A stretch of 52,181 nucleotides of DNA from Alphaproteobacteria bacterium (GCA_045605805.1 JAZUQR010000030.1:1-52181); one strand, 5' to 3'. Counted from the stretch's first letter, positions 8,760 through 18,937 are shown. Notes: generated by a model not told the origin, from the sequence alone. Numbers and translations are program-made.

Positions 8760-9841
8760 AAAAAATAATTTTTCTATCTTGGATATTTTTTATTTTTCCC
8801 ACATGGGCCACAGATTTGGACGAGCAAAACCTGTTTTCGCAAAACAAGCAATGTGCCTTGCACTATCTTTCGCCAAAAGAAAAGAAGCTATGGACCATAG
8901 AAACCCCTGAAAGTTATTGTACAAATCAATGGGTACAAGGATTCACCACAGTCACAATTAAAGATGCCCTTAACCGAACTGCTCACACCCTAACGGGCTA
9001 TTTTCATCAAGGCTATTGGCTGTCTGATTTTACAGGAAAGATCAACACATTTGTGCGCAACTCCCCCGAAGAAGGAGTTCAAGATTTTATTTATCATATA
9101 GGGAAAGACAATGATTTGAATACCGATTTTTATGTTGTAGCTCGTTCCACACAAAACGAAAAAAACTATACACCGTTTATGCTGTGTCCAGATCAGCCCA
9201 TTATGTTGGCCATTCATGAAAACAGTGCCAACCTTCAACAAAGCCTTTTTCAAACAGGCCTTATAAAAACAGCCAAAGAACATCTTCAAAAAATATGTCC
9301 CAAAGCAACAAAATTACAGTTGTTCACCAATACATCAAATATATCAACTAACGCTGCGATATTAGAAATAAAGACAGACTTTCAAAATGACACTTTAACC
9401 ATCAATTACTTTGATAAAAAGGAACAAACACAGCCACCAAAGCCACAAGAACTACGCACAGAAACAGGCGAAACACTATTAACGATTCAAGCCCAAAAAC
9501 AACCAGAAAGCGAGAAAAAAAACAACACAGCCAAACAACCATCCCACTTACAGCAAAACCAACAAAGAAAAAGGTTTGATTCGGCCACAGACCTTGCTTT
9601 ATCGGCAAAAGTTTTACAAACCCCCATCAAAGGAAAAACAGCTGTTTGGGTTGCCGAAACAAAACAAACGAAACAAGCGCAAGTAACTCGCCCCTATCCA
9701 TTATTACTGCAAACACAAACAAGCCTATCTACTGGATGGCATTTAATTGAAGGTACTTTTACACAAAGTACCCCCCAAACGATTGTCCAAGTAGAAAAAA
9801 CAACAAAATGTATAAAGGAATGGTGTGCAAATGAAGAATAA
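8756..9841 (+). CDS. exported hypothetical protein
   Basis: Signal peptide, paired Cys, overlaps the upstream stop. Confidence 0.75.
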   Translation: MKKIIFLSWIFFIFPTWATDLDEQNLFSQNKQCALHYLSPKEKKLWTIETPESYCTNQWVQGFTTVTIKDALNRTAHTLTGYFHQGYWLSDFTGKINTFVRNSPEEGVQDFIYHIGKDNDLNTDFYVVARSTQNEKNYTPFMLCPDQPIMLAIHENSANLQQSLFQTGLIKTAKEHLQKICPKATKLQLFTNTSNISTNAAILEIKTDFQNDTLTINYFDKKEQTQPPKPQELRTETGETLLTIQAQKQPESEKKNNTAKQPSHLQQNQQRKRFDSATDLALSAKVLQTPIKGKTAVWVAETKQTKQAQVTRPYPLLLQTQTSLSTGWHLIEGTFTQSTPQTIVQVEKTTKCIKEWCANEE

Positions 9842-10523
9842 AACAATTTTTTTAATCCTTTGTGGCACAAGCCTGCTAACAATATCTTTATTATCCTGTA
9901 ATCATCATACAAAAAATAAACTGATGCAACAATATCATCAAGAAGGCCTAATAACCGAAAAAATAAGTTATCAAAACGCTACGACAAATGCATTGGGAAC
10001 ATCAATCATACTGTATAATGTACAACACAAAAACTATCCACACATCACCATACATCGCTTACAGTTGGAAAACACAAAAACATCATACAAAGTCTATCTG
10101 CAAGGCATTCAAGGCTCGGCCATTCAATCGTTACAAACAGTGTTTCCGCCCGACTTTCAAAAACAGCTGGCACAATACACACCATCAAAAGATTTGCTAA
10201 ACCATCCAATTTTATCGTGGGCAATTTTGGGGCAAGACAAAATAGAAGCCGACATTTTTCTGAACGCCAAAAGAACAGCCCCCAATCAAATCAGTGTAAA
10301 ACTGATCATTCAAAACAAAGGCAAAACAATGATGTCTTTAAGCACACAATTCACACCACCATATCCCAATGAATCATTATATAAAAACATCCAAGCGCAC
10401 GCTTTACAATTTAGCCTTGATGACATAGATACAACACTCAAACAAACCTTAGACGATTACACTCTAAGTAAAGAATTACCCTTTTTAACCGAGACCACCC
10501 CGATTTTGTTGAATCTGTTCTAA
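9831..10523 (+). CDS. hypothetical protein, membrane-anchored or lipoprotein
   Basis: N-terminal hydrophobic segment ending LLSC; in operon. Confidence 0.7.
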   Translation: MKNKTIFLILCGTSLLTISLLSCNHHTKNKLMQQYHQEGLITEKISYQNATTNALGTSIILYNVQHKNYPHITIHRLQLENTKTSYKVYLQGIQGSAIQSLQTVFPPDFQKQLAQYTPSKDLLNHPILSWAILGQDKIEADIFLNAKRTAPNQISVKLIIQNKGKTMMSLSTQFTPPYPNESLYKNIQAHALQFSLDDIDTTLKQTLDDYTLSKELPFLTETTPILLNLF

Positions 10524-10834
10524 GCAAAAGAAGTCAATAAAAACAAAGCACTTAAAGAGCAAAGCAACACAATGTTGATGATAATACAGTCTTCAAAGGT
10601 ATTTTTTAATGTCAGACCAAATTCATAAAAAGTACCCTTATCAATCAGCAACCATAAAACAACACGCACAGCCAAAGCAATCAAAGAAGCAATCACATAC
10701 AAAGAAGGACTAAATAAAAAAGAAGAAAGCGGCTTCGCTTCCGAAGTTAAAGAAAAAACATACAAAGCGATCACCATTCCGCATAAAGAAACAAAGCGAA
10801 AAGTAAATAATTTATGTAATAAAGTTTCGTTCAT
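10520..10834 (-). CDS. small membrane protein (about 3 TM)
   Basis: AGGAGG SD, hydrophobic segments. Confidence 0.7.
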   Translation of the reverse strand: MNETLLHKLFTFRFVSLCGMVIALYVFSLTSEAKPLSSFLFSPSLYVIASLIALAVRVVLWLLIDKGTFYEFGLTLKNTFEDCIIINIVLLCSLSALFLLTSFA

Positions 10835-10844
10835 CTATCCTCCT

Positions 10845-11822
10845 CTATCTGCGACCTCTGTTAGATCTGCTTCTGCTCTTCAATTGAGCTTCCCGCAAAC
10901 GCTGTTCTTCTTCAAAAGGAGAAACAAGTTGTCCCAAAAGCTGACGCTGAATCTTTATATACTCATGTCTGGCACGATCCAAATCAGACAAAGTCATCTC
11001 TTTTTTCAATTGCTCCAAAGCATCAGTTGCCGGCTCATAATTTTGATTACTGGCCAACGACAACCAAGCATGCCCCAAAACAGTACTTCTTTCAACACCA
11101 TCTCCATTGACATATAAAAGCCCCAAAGCATATTGCGCTGGTTCATAACCTTGTGAGGCGGCATACTCATAATACTTCACGCCCCTTTCTTCATTGATAT
11201 CCGTTCCCAATCCATTCAAATAAATGTCTGCCAAAGCGGCATAAGAAGGCAAATCCCCATAGGTGGCAGCGGATTCATAAGCAGCAATAGCATCCGTTGC
11301 ATCTTTTGGATTCTGTTGTAAATAAATATCACCTAAATAGCGCCCAGCAGTTGGTTGTTGTTCCACCGGAATCTTTTTCAACATTTCAATGGCCTTGGAA
11401 TAATTCATCGGCACACCGTTTCCTTGAAAATAAGCAACCCCCAAATTCAACAAAGCAGAAACATTGCCTTTTTCGGCTGCTTGTTGATATAGACTAATAG
11501 CCTTTTTCAAATCTTGTTGAACAACAACGCCTTTTTCATAAAGGAAAGCCATTAAAGCCTGAGCCAAATCATAATCCTGATCCAAAGATTTTTCCAAATA
11601 GGCCAAACCAATATTATCATTTTTGGAAACACCATAGCCGTTCAAATACATATACGCCAAGTAATACTGAGAACGATAATCCCCTGTTTCGGCCAACGGA
11701 CGAAAGTGTTGAATGGCTTCGGAATATCTTTTATCGGCAAAAGCCTTCTCACCATCCAAAAAGCCAGCCAAACAAGGAAAAGTCAAAACAAAAGACAAAC
11801 AAAATAAGCCTATTTTTTTCAT
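10845..11822 (-). CDS. Sel1-like repeat protein, exported
   Basis: Repeated AQYxLGxxYxxGxGV motifs, signal peptide. Confidence 0.9.
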   Translation of the reverse strand: MKKIGLFCLSFVLTFPCLAGFLDGEKAFADKRYSEAIQHFRPLAETGDYRSQYYLAYMYLNGYGVSKNDNIGLAYLEKSLDQDYDLAQALMAFLYEKGVVVQQDLKKAISLYQQAAEKGNVSALLNLGVAYFQGNGVPMNYSKAIEMLKKIPVEQQPTAGRYLGDIYLQQNPKDATDAIAAYESAATYGDLPSYAALADIYLNGLGTDINEERGVKYYEYAASQGYEPAQYALGLLYVNGDGVERSTVLGHAWLSLASNQNYEPATDALEQLKKEMTLSDLDRARHEYIKIQRQLLGQLVSPFEEEQRLREAQLKSRSRSNRGRR

Positions 11823-11883
11823 TCACGCCCCTTTCTTTGGAATAAGTATAAAACGACTTTTTGCAAAAGACAAGTTTTTTTTC

Positions 11884-11911
11884 AAAAAAAAGTCGGGAAA
11901 CCCCCGACTTT
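11884..11911 (-). terminator. intrinsic terminator after the ompA-family gene
   Basis: AAAGTCGGG-N5-CCCGACTTT with flanking A/T runs. Confidence 0.75.
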
Positions 11912-11939
11912 TCTTTCATAACACACTGTGCTATTTGGA

Positions 11940-12368
11940 TTAATCAACAACCACTTCCACACGACGGTTGTCAGCATAGTTGGATCCAAAAGCGTCTGTT
12001 GCACCATGTCCTTTAACAGCAATGCGATCAGCAGCCACACCTTTTTCAACCAAGTATTTCTTCACAGTTTCAGCACGGCGTTTGGACAAATCAACATTAT
12101 AACTTGCCGGACCTTCCAAAGAAGCATAACCGTTTGCTGTCACAGTTGCATCAGCATCAGCATTCAAACGTTTTGCAGTAGTTGCCAATGCATCAGCATC
12201 TTTTGCTGTCAATTTAGCCGAGTCAAAACCAAACATAGCTGGTGAGGATACAAACATCACTTCACCCGATGTGCAAGGTTCCATACCGCAATCTGTTTCG
12301 CATAAATTGGCACAGGCACTTGTCATTAAAGCCAAGCCGGCCACCAAAAATAAAGATTGTTTCTTCAT
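11940..12368 (-). CDS. OmpA/Pal-family peptidoglycan-binding lipoprotein
   Basis: Lipobox TSAC; FGFDSAKL, YNVDLSKRRAETVK, NRRVEV. Confidence 0.92.
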   Translation of the reverse strand: MKKQSLFLVAGLALMTSACANLCETDCGMEPCTSGEVMFVSSPAMFGFDSAKLTAKDADALATTAKRLNADADATVTANGYASLEGPASYNVDLSKRRAETVKKYLVEKGVAADRIAVKGHGATDAFGSNYADNRRVEVVVD

Positions 12369-12463
12369 ATTTATCTCCTTTTTAATGATTCAACAAAAGA
12401 TAATCTAATCCTTTTATCTTGTGATTGCAAGTACTTTTTTTGAGATTTTCTTCAAAAAGAGTC

Positions 12464-12492
12464 TTGACAAAGAATTTGAAACAATGTATAAT
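12464..12492 (+). promoter_or_regulatory. sigma70 promoter of tRNA-fMet
   Basis: TTGACA-17-TATAAT. Confidence 0.85.
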
Positions 12493-12504
12493 AACAATCA
12501 CTAT

Positions 12505-12582
12505 CGCGGGGTAGAGCAGTCCGGTAGCTTGCCAGGCTCATAACCTGGAGGTCGTGAGGTTCAAATCCCACCCCCGCAACCA
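12505..12582 (+). tRNA. initiator tRNA-fMet(CAT)
   Basis: CGCGGGG 5' end with C1:A72 mismatch, CTCATAA loop, CCA; one extra bulged A in T-stem. Confidence 0.95.
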
Positions 12583-12885
12583 TAAAGAAAAAAGGTCAGC
12601 CGAGAGGTTGGCCTTTTTGATTTATACGTGGGGTGGGGTTGAACCACTGGTTCGGCCGAAATGAAATGAGGCAACGCCGGCAGGCGGCCCGAAGGGTGAG
12701 CGCATTTGCGCGAATAAATCCCACCCCCGCAACCATAAAGGAAAAAGGTCAGCCGAAAGGTTGGCCTTTTTGATTTATATATGGGGTGAGGTGAATGAAC
12801 CTCTGGTTCGGCCGAAATGAAATGAAGGCAACGCCGTCAGGCGACCCGAAGGGTGAGCGCTTTTGCGCGAATAAATCCCACCCCC
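12563..12885 (+). repeat. tRNA-linked tandem repeat (two units, periods 153 and 157 bp), RtT-like
   Basis: tRNA 3' end AAATCCCACCCCC recurs at 12563, 12716 and 12873; each unit has a terminator plus GC-rich hairpins. Confidence 0.9.
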
Positions 12886-12940
12886 TTTGGCCAAAAATAA
12901 TCATTTGACAAGAAAACAAAAACAAATTAATATCACTGAT

Positions 12941-13570
12941 ATGACAACCCATAAAGAAATAGAAATCAAAATTGCACTGACCCAAGACGAATATCAAATG
13001 TTGTTTGATGTGTTGTCCCAAAACGCCACAGCACATACATTCGTTCAAAATGACTTTGTCTGTAAATTAAAAACACAAGAACATGTACGCATCCGCATTG
13101 AAAGCAACAGAGCCTTTTTAACAATAAAAAAGAAAATCTATAACCAACAAGGTGTATTTGCCTATTGTCAAGAAACAGAGGCTCCCATTCAACCATCCAC
13201 AACACATCAGTTAAATGAAATGTTGTATCAAATGACAGTGCCTTGCCCACCGCCTCTTTATTATACCCAGCCAAACATATTGTGGCAATGGATTACCCAA
13301 TCACTTGGGGAAAAAATCAACTTTTGCACACAAGTACAAAAACAACGCACCGAGTTCAAAAAGCATAACTTGACTTATGTGCTAGACGAAGTAAAAAAAC
13401 TGGGCTATTTTTTGGAAATGGAACAAATCGTTCCCAAAGAAGATGAACAAGATGAAACGCTCTTGCGTCAACAACTGTTGGAAAAAGCACAGACTTTGGG
13501 TCTTCAAAATAAACAACCCATTCAACAGGGATACAGCTCATTGATGCATCAATTAGAGAACGCTAAATAG
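12941..13570 (+). CDS. CYTH domain protein (class IV adenylate cyclase/triphosphate tunnel metalloenzyme family)
   Basis: EIEIK (ExExK), RIR, KQR..LDEVKKLGYFLEME, terminal GY. Confidence 0.85.
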   Translation: MTTHKEIEIKIALTQDEYQMLFDVLSQNATAHTFVQNDFVCKLKTQEHVRIRIESNRAFLTIKKKIYNQQGVFAYCQETEAPIQPSTTHQLNEMLYQMTVPCPPPLYYTQPNILWQWITQSLGEKINFCTQVQKQRTEFKKHNLTYVLDEVKKLGYFLEMEQIVPKEDEQDETLLRQQLLEKAQTLGLQNKQPIQQGYSSLMHQLENAK

Positions 13571-15818
13571 ACCGCTTCAAATTAGCTTGAATCGTGGCAG
13601 GCATCTTTGTTCCCAAACGAATTTTTTGCCACAAAGCCAAAACTGTTTCGGGCATATAGTCTTTACCCACAAAATCCACCCGATAAAAATCGGCTTTCAC
13701 ACCATTGCGTTCCTGTCCAATATAAAAAGCATCTTTGTGAAATAAAGTCAATTGACACTTGTCTAACTTAGCAAAATAAGTCTGCCCATCCTTTTGAACA
13801 GGCAACACACATTTTGCCTGACGACAAGCAGCACATTCCTTTTTAATACAGTTAGCACTAATAAACAATGGGATATCTTGATAAACAACCAACACCATTG
13901 GCAAACACGATTTTGCGGCCACCGCCCCCAAATTATCCAAAGTGTCCTCCACCGACAAAGACACCCGAGAAACACCCATTTCTTTGGCATATTGAACAGC
14001 CTGTGTATTCAACATATACAAACTGGTATCAAAAGATAAATCAATGCCTTTTGCGGGCAGTATTTCTTTCCCCCACCAATTGCCAACTTCCCATTTGCGA
14101 TAGCCCAAAGCCAACGCCTTTTGAATAAAAGTTTGATAAGAATCAGGTTGCCGACAAACCGTTGGTAAAGCCAAACGAATTTTGTTTTTGGGCCACTTTT
14201 TCAAATCATCTAAACAAAAATCGGGTTGCACCTCTAAAATAATCTCGGCAAAATCATCCGCATTCAAAGCCGCAATTTTAGGCAACGAATCTGTTTTGAC
14301 AATCCATTGAGTCCCCGCAAAAGAACGTTCTTCCGTTAAAGGTAAAACCCCTTTTTTACAGCAAAGCTCAACCGCCTCATACACCTCTCTACGCAATTGA
14401 TTCAACACTGAAACAGGTACAAAAACGCCATCTGAATTGACCACTTTCACCTTGGCTTCAAAAGCAAAATCACCATCTTTTTGAAAGGTCTTTATTACCG
14501 AATCATTCATCTTGTCAATGTTTTGAGCCGGCAAAAATCCCCCATCCAAACACCGACAAACAGATCCGGCCTTCACACATACCTGCTTTGCCCCCAACTG
14601 TACCAGCACATCCAATTGTGGGCGCACCTGAAATTGTTTAGGCTTTGGCTTATCATAAGCATATGCCCCTTTCACAAAGGAAGACGAAGCCAAATAAACA
14701 GGGCTTCCCTTTGGCATAAAGGGTGTATGTGGCGGCAAAGTAATTTGAACCCGCTGTCCCGCTTTGGCTTCAAACACATTTTTGTTTTGAACCATCATTT
14801 CTTGAACCGAAAAACCAAACGGTTTTTCATTATTGGGTAAATCAATCTGTAATCCATCATACCGACAAACAGTGTGTGTTGGCACAAAAGAAAGTTTGCG
14901 CCCCACAACCTTTTCTACCTGACCGATAACAAGCCCCCGATGTCCCACAAAATCGGGATCAATCACATCCAAATTTTTGCCGTTCAAATGGAACTTTGTC
15001 CAAGCCCGTGAAAAAATCTGTTTAATCTGTTCTTCCTTTTTCAAACAAGCCTGTCCTGTATCTAAAATCTGGCGATAATAATCCACCACAGCCGCCACAT
15101 ACAAAGCCTTTTTCTTTCGGCCTTCAATTTTCAAAGAAGTGACAGGCATCTTCAAAACATCTTCACAAAGAGCCATATCTTTCATAGAAAAACAGTGTGT
15201 CATTTGACCATTTTTTTCAAACAAGGCCCGACAAGGATATTGACACTTCCCCCGATTGGCACTGCGACCAGCCATCACCGAAGAAAACAAACATAGCCCA
15301 CTGTAAGCATAACACAATGCCCCATGAATAAAAGCCTCAGTTTCCAAATCAGGAATATCGGCAATTTCTTTAATTTCTGGCAAAGTCAATTCTCGTGCCA
15401 AAACAACCCGAGAAAAGCCCAACTTTTTCAAAGCCAAGGCCCCTTCTTTATTGTGAACCGCCATCTGAGTGCTAGCATGCATAGATAATTCGGGATATTC
15501 CTTTTGAACCACCCGAGCCACACCTAAATCCTGCAAAATAACAGCATCTACCTGACAAGAAGAACAAACATCCAATGTTTTAAGCAAAGCGGGCAATTCA
15601 TGTTCTTGTAAAACAGTGTTCACCGCAACATAAACTTTACGCCCTAAATGATGGGCATAAGCTGTCAATTCATTTAATTCCTCTGGCGAAAAGTTCACAG
15701 CCCCTGCTCTGGCCGAAAAACTTTTCAAACCCAAATACACCGCATCCGCCCCAAAGAAAAGGGCAGCATATCCGGCCTCAATATCACCGGCTGGTGCTAA
15801 AAGTTCTGTTATTTTCAT
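13563..15818 (-). CDS. U32 family protein (RlhA-like Fe-S hydroxylase, long form)
   Basis: ELLAPAG, GADAVY, HASTQ, HGALCYAYSGLC..NRGKCQYPCR, SLKIEGR. Confidence 0.92.
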   Translation of the reverse strand: MKITELLAPAGDIEAGYAALFFGADAVYLGLKSFSARAGAVNFSPEELNELTAYAHHLGRKVYVAVNTVLQEHELPALLKTLDVCSSCQVDAVILQDLGVARVVQKEYPELSMHASTQMAVHNKEGALALKKLGFSRVVLARELTLPEIKEIADIPDLETEAFIHGALCYAYSGLCLFSSVMAGRSANRGKCQYPCRALFEKNGQMTHCFSMKDMALCEDVLKMPVTSLKIEGRKKKALYVAAVVDYYRQILDTGQACLKKEEQIKQIFSRAWTKFHLNGKNLDVIDPDFVGHRGLVIGQVEKVVGRKLSFVPTHTVCRYDGLQIDLPNNEKPFGFSVQEMMVQNKNVFEAKAGQRVQITLPPHTPFMPKGSPVYLASSSFVKGAYAYDKPKPKQFQVRPQLDVLVQLGAKQVCVKAGSVCRCLDGGFLPAQNIDKMNDSVIKTFQKDGDFAFEAKVKVVNSDGVFVPVSVLNQLRREVYEAVELCCKKGVLPLTEERSFAGTQWIVKTDSLPKIAALNADDFAEIILEVQPDFCLDDLKKWPKNKIRLALPTVCRQPDSYQTFIQKALALGYRKWEVGNWWGKEILPAKGIDLSFDTSLYMLNTQAVQYAKEMGVSRVSLSVEDTLDNLGAVAAKSCLPMVLVVYQDIPLFISANCIKKECAACRQAKCVLPVQKDGQTYFAKLDKCQLTLFHKDAFYIGQERNGVKADFYRVDFVGKDYMPETVLALWQKIRLGTKMPATIQANLKRSI

Positions 15819-15860
15819 GCCCATGATTATATCACAAAATCGTAAAAAAGTCAAACAAGC

Positions 15861-16472
15861 CTAATAAAGCCAGCGTTCATGGCCAATCGTTGTGGGCGCC
15901 CCATGGCCGGCATACACTTGTATTTCATCTGGTAATTTTTCAAAAAGCAAAGCCAAACTTTTTTTCATTTGTTCTTCACTACTTTCGGGCAAATCAGTGC
16001 GTCCACAAGTACCATGGAACAAAGTATCACCGGAAAACAACAGATTTTCCACAAGATAGCACACGCCACCTTGCGTATGGCCAGGCGTTGGAATAACATG
16101 AATTGTATAACAACCGATAGAAAAAGTTTTTTCTTTCGCAAAAGCAATCACTTGTGGCACAGGCAATCTGTCTAATTGAAACAAATCCAAATAGGCATGA
16201 TAACGGTCCAACAACGGCACATCTTTTTCATAAAGATATGCCTCAATCTGATGCTGTTCACGATAAAACTCAACGCCCATAATATGGTCAAAATGCGCAT
16301 GTGTCAAAAGGATATATTTCAAAGTATACCCTTCTTGACAAAGCCAATCCCAAATCTCATTATCCGACATTGAACAATCAATCAACACAGCTTCTTTTGA
16401 TTCAGAATCAGCTAAAATATAGTTGTTATTTTTTAATATACCCTTGACAAATTGTTTTACAATTAAAGCCAT
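15861..16472 (-). CDS. MBL-fold metallo-hydrolase (glyoxalase II/GloC-like)
   Basis: THAHFDH, TPGHT, FSGDTLF, GHG motifs. Confidence 0.92.
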   Translation of the reverse strand: MALIVKQFVKGILKNNNYILADSESKEAVLIDCSMSDNEIWDWLCQEGYTLKYILLTHAHFDHIMGVEFYREQHQIEAYLYEKDVPLLDRYHAYLDLFQLDRLPVPQVIAFAKEKTFSIGCYTIHVIPTPGHTQGGVCYLVENLLFSGDTLFHGTCGRTDLPESSEEQMKKSLALLFEKLPDEIQVYAGHGAPTTIGHERWLY

Positions 16473-16556
16473 TTTCACCCCTAACAATCACAAAAAACAA
16501 ACAAGGCCGATAAAAACACCAGCCTTATTTTGATATATCTTTTTATCCATCATCCG

Positions 16557-16934
16557 TTATTCTTTTGGTAAAAACTTTTGCACATAGGCATCAAACTTCA
16601 TCTGTTCTGCCGGACTCCAACCCATCACATAGCTGTCCCCCATACAAAACAGCGGTGTCCCCATCTGAGAACGATCCAAATTAAACTTTTTACCACAAGC
16701 AAAAAACAACTGCATATTTTCCCGCTGAGAGATTTCTTTAATCTGCACTTGCAAATCAGGATAAGCCTCTTTCAAATAAGCCTCAGCCGTATGACAATGC
16801 GGACAACGCTTTTGTGTAAAAACAAAAATCTCATCATCCGGAATCAAGCTGTCCAACGAAGCTGGGGCCTGTGTGGCAAAAAACACAATTGTACAAATCA
16901 ACGATAAAACAGCACTAATCAAAATATGTTTCAT
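16557..16934 (-). CDS. exported glutaredoxin/thioredoxin-fold protein
   Basis: CPHC active site, GTP cis-Pro loop, N-terminal signal/anchor. Confidence 0.85.
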   Translation of the reverse strand: MKHILISAVLSLICTIVFFATQAPASLDSLIPDDEIFVFTQKRCPHCHTAEAYLKEAYPDLQVQIKEISQRENMQLFFACGKKFNLDRSQMGTPLFCMGDSYVMGWSPAEQMKFDAYVQKFLPKE

Positions 16935-16950
16935 ATACCCCCCTTTTTTC

Positions 16951-17532
16951 TTATTCAATACAACAATCCACCGCTTTGCGTACAACCGATTTCAACCGCC
17001 CAAATAAAGAAGTATCTTTTGCTGGCTCTTTGTCCTCTTTTTTTACAGGAGCCGCCACCTTCAAAGCTGCCACTTCCTTCTTAACATCATCCAAAGAATC
17101 CGTTTTCCATTCAATATCTTTTGTATCCACAAGGTTCATATTCAAGCCCCAGAATAAGCAGTATAAATCATAAGCTTGATTGAACAAATCATACGCATCT
17201 TTTGTATTGCCCATAGATTGTTGTTTGGTACCAACTTCCATCAAACGCATAGAAGTAGCTAATAAATGTTTGGAAATACACCACACCTCGCCTTCATAAG
17301 AAGGAATCACTTTTAACATCAAGTTTTTGCGCAATTCACGCACATCTTGAACCATATCATAAAAGGCAGTTTTACCGGTTTTTGCCCCCGAAAAAATCAA
17401 ATGCTCTTCAATGGAAATCAAGTTCATAATGGCAATTGTTAAATCTTGATCAGACGATAAATCTTTCGGATTTTTCTTTTTGGCTTGATCCACCCGTTCA
17501 ACAAATTCTTTCACACTTTGCGCTTTTGTCAT
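16951..17532 (-). CDS. uncharacterised helical protein with EEH, WCxSKH and C-terminal DCCIE
   Basis: AAGGAG SD before ATG 17532; first gene of the operon with the glutaredoxin-like gene. Confidence 0.8.
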   Translation of the reverse strand: MTKAQSVKEFVERVDQAKKKNPKDLSSDQDLTIAIMNLISIEEHLIFSGAKTGKTAFYDMVQDVRELRKNLMLKVIPSYEGEVWCISKHLLATSMRLMEVGTKQQSMGNTKDAYDLFNQAYDLYCLFWGLNMNLVDTKDIEWKTDSLDDVKKEVAALKVAAPVKKEDKEPAKDTSLFGRLKSVVRKAVDCCIE

Positions 17533-17679
17533 ATTACACTCCTTATAAAAAAACAATCTAGTCCAAAGGATAAAGAAGAAAACACAAAAAGTCAACATCT
17601 TTTTTTTATGAAAATCCATCTTAAAAAGGCTTGATTTTTATTCAATTTCATTCTATCCTATCCAAAAAAAGGAGGAAAA

Positions 17680-18279
17680 ATGGATTTACAAGCACTGTTT
17701 ACAATTTCGCACGGCGTTTACCTAACTGGTGCTCTGGACACAGACAACCGTTTTGTTGGCAGTTGTATTGATTCGGCAATGGTGGTGGAAGCTACCCCTC
17801 AACAAATTATCATTTCCTTAAATAAAGGGTCATACACCGCAGAAGTACTTAAAAAAACACATCAAATAACCTTGTCTGTGTTGCCAAAAAATACGCCCGA
17901 AGAAGTGATTCAGCTGTTTGGAACAACAACCTCTCGCAACACAAACAAATGGGACCAAGTCCCCCACGAAGTGTTTCACGGCCTACCCATATATAAACAA
18001 GCGGTTGCTTACCTGAAAGCAAAAGCCACACAAATTTGTGAAACAAGTGGCCATTTTGTGTTTTTGTGTGATGTAGAAGAAGGCCAAGCTGGCACCATGG
18101 AAGCCCCATTACTGTATGCCGACTATCAAAAAACACAAGCCCAAAACAAATCACAAAAACATTGGCGTTGCACTGTTTGCGGATATGTCTATCAAGGTGA
18201 CATTCCATTTGAAGAATTACCCGAAGATTGGCTGTGTCCTTTGTGCGCCCAACCCAAAAGTGTTTTTGTTTTGGAATAA
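17680..18279 (+). CDS. flavin reductase-rubredoxin fusion (high-molecular-weight rubredoxin-like)
   Basis: Flavin reductase N-domain (GVYLTG..GHFVF); [20 protein letters not shown]. Confidence 0.92.
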   Translation: MDLQALFTISHGVYLTGALDTDNRFVGSCIDSAMVVEATPQQIIISLNKGSYTAEVLKKTHQITLSVLPKNTPEEVIQLFGTTTSRNTNKWDQVPHEVFHGLPIYKQAVAYLKAKATQICETSGHFVFLCDVEEGQAGTMEAPLLYADYQKTQAQNKSQKHWRCTVCGYVYQGDIPFEELPEDWLCPLCAQPKSVFVLE

Positions 18280-18280
18280 A

Positions 18281-18937
18281 TTATCCACCTAAAACACAAC
18301 CATATAAAATGGCAAAAAAGTGCATCACTGTGCCAGCCAACACCATAAAATGCCAAATAGCATGCGTATATTTTTTGCTTTTCAACACATAAAAAGCAAT
18401 CCCAAAAGTATAGCATAAGCCCCCCAACACCAAAAACAGCAACGATATTTTTGGCAATACAGAAAATAGACGATGTGAAGCAAAAACAATAAGCCATCCC
18501 ATCAACAAATAAAGGCCAATAGACCAAACTTTTGTACCATTGGGCGGCAAGATAAGTTTCAAAACCGTACCTAAAAAAGCCAATCCCCAAACAATGCCGA
18601 ACAAAGTCCAACCCACAGCCCCACGCAAAGTCACCAATAAAAAGGGCGTATATGAACCGGCAATCAAATAATAAATCGCAATATGATCAAACTTTTTCAA
18701 AACTTTTTTGGCCTCTGCCTGTGGCACAGCATGATATAAAGTAGAAGCTGTATAAAGCAAAATCATGCTCACACCAAAAATGGTGGTTGAAACCACAGCC
18801 CATGCATCAGAATACAGGGCCGAGAAACACGCCAAAACAACCAAAGCGGCAATGCCCAAAATAACCCCCAAACCATGAATAGAGCAATGCCAAATCTCCT
18901 CTCCAATCGTATAAGAACGAATCACTTTTTGAAACAT
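18281..18937 (-). CDS. hemolysin III/PAQR family membrane protein
   Basis: EE..H, STLYH, DHIAIY..IAGSYTP, HAIWH..HF. Confidence 0.93.
   Translation of the reverse strand: MFQKVIRSYTIGEEIWHCSIHGLGVILGIAALVVLACFSALYSDAWAVVSTTIFGVSMILLYTASTLYHAVPQAEAKKVLKKFDHIAIYYLIAGSYTPFLLVTLRGAVGWTLFGIVWGLAFLGTVLKLILPPNGTKVWSIGLYLLMGWLIVFASHRLFSVLPKISLLFLVLGGLCYTFGIAFYVLKSKKYTHAIWHFMVLAGTVMHFFAILYGCVLGG

Noticed and set aside
12563-12885. CRISPR array
   Set aside because: The whole ~155-bp unit is repeated with no unique spacers, and there are no cas genes.
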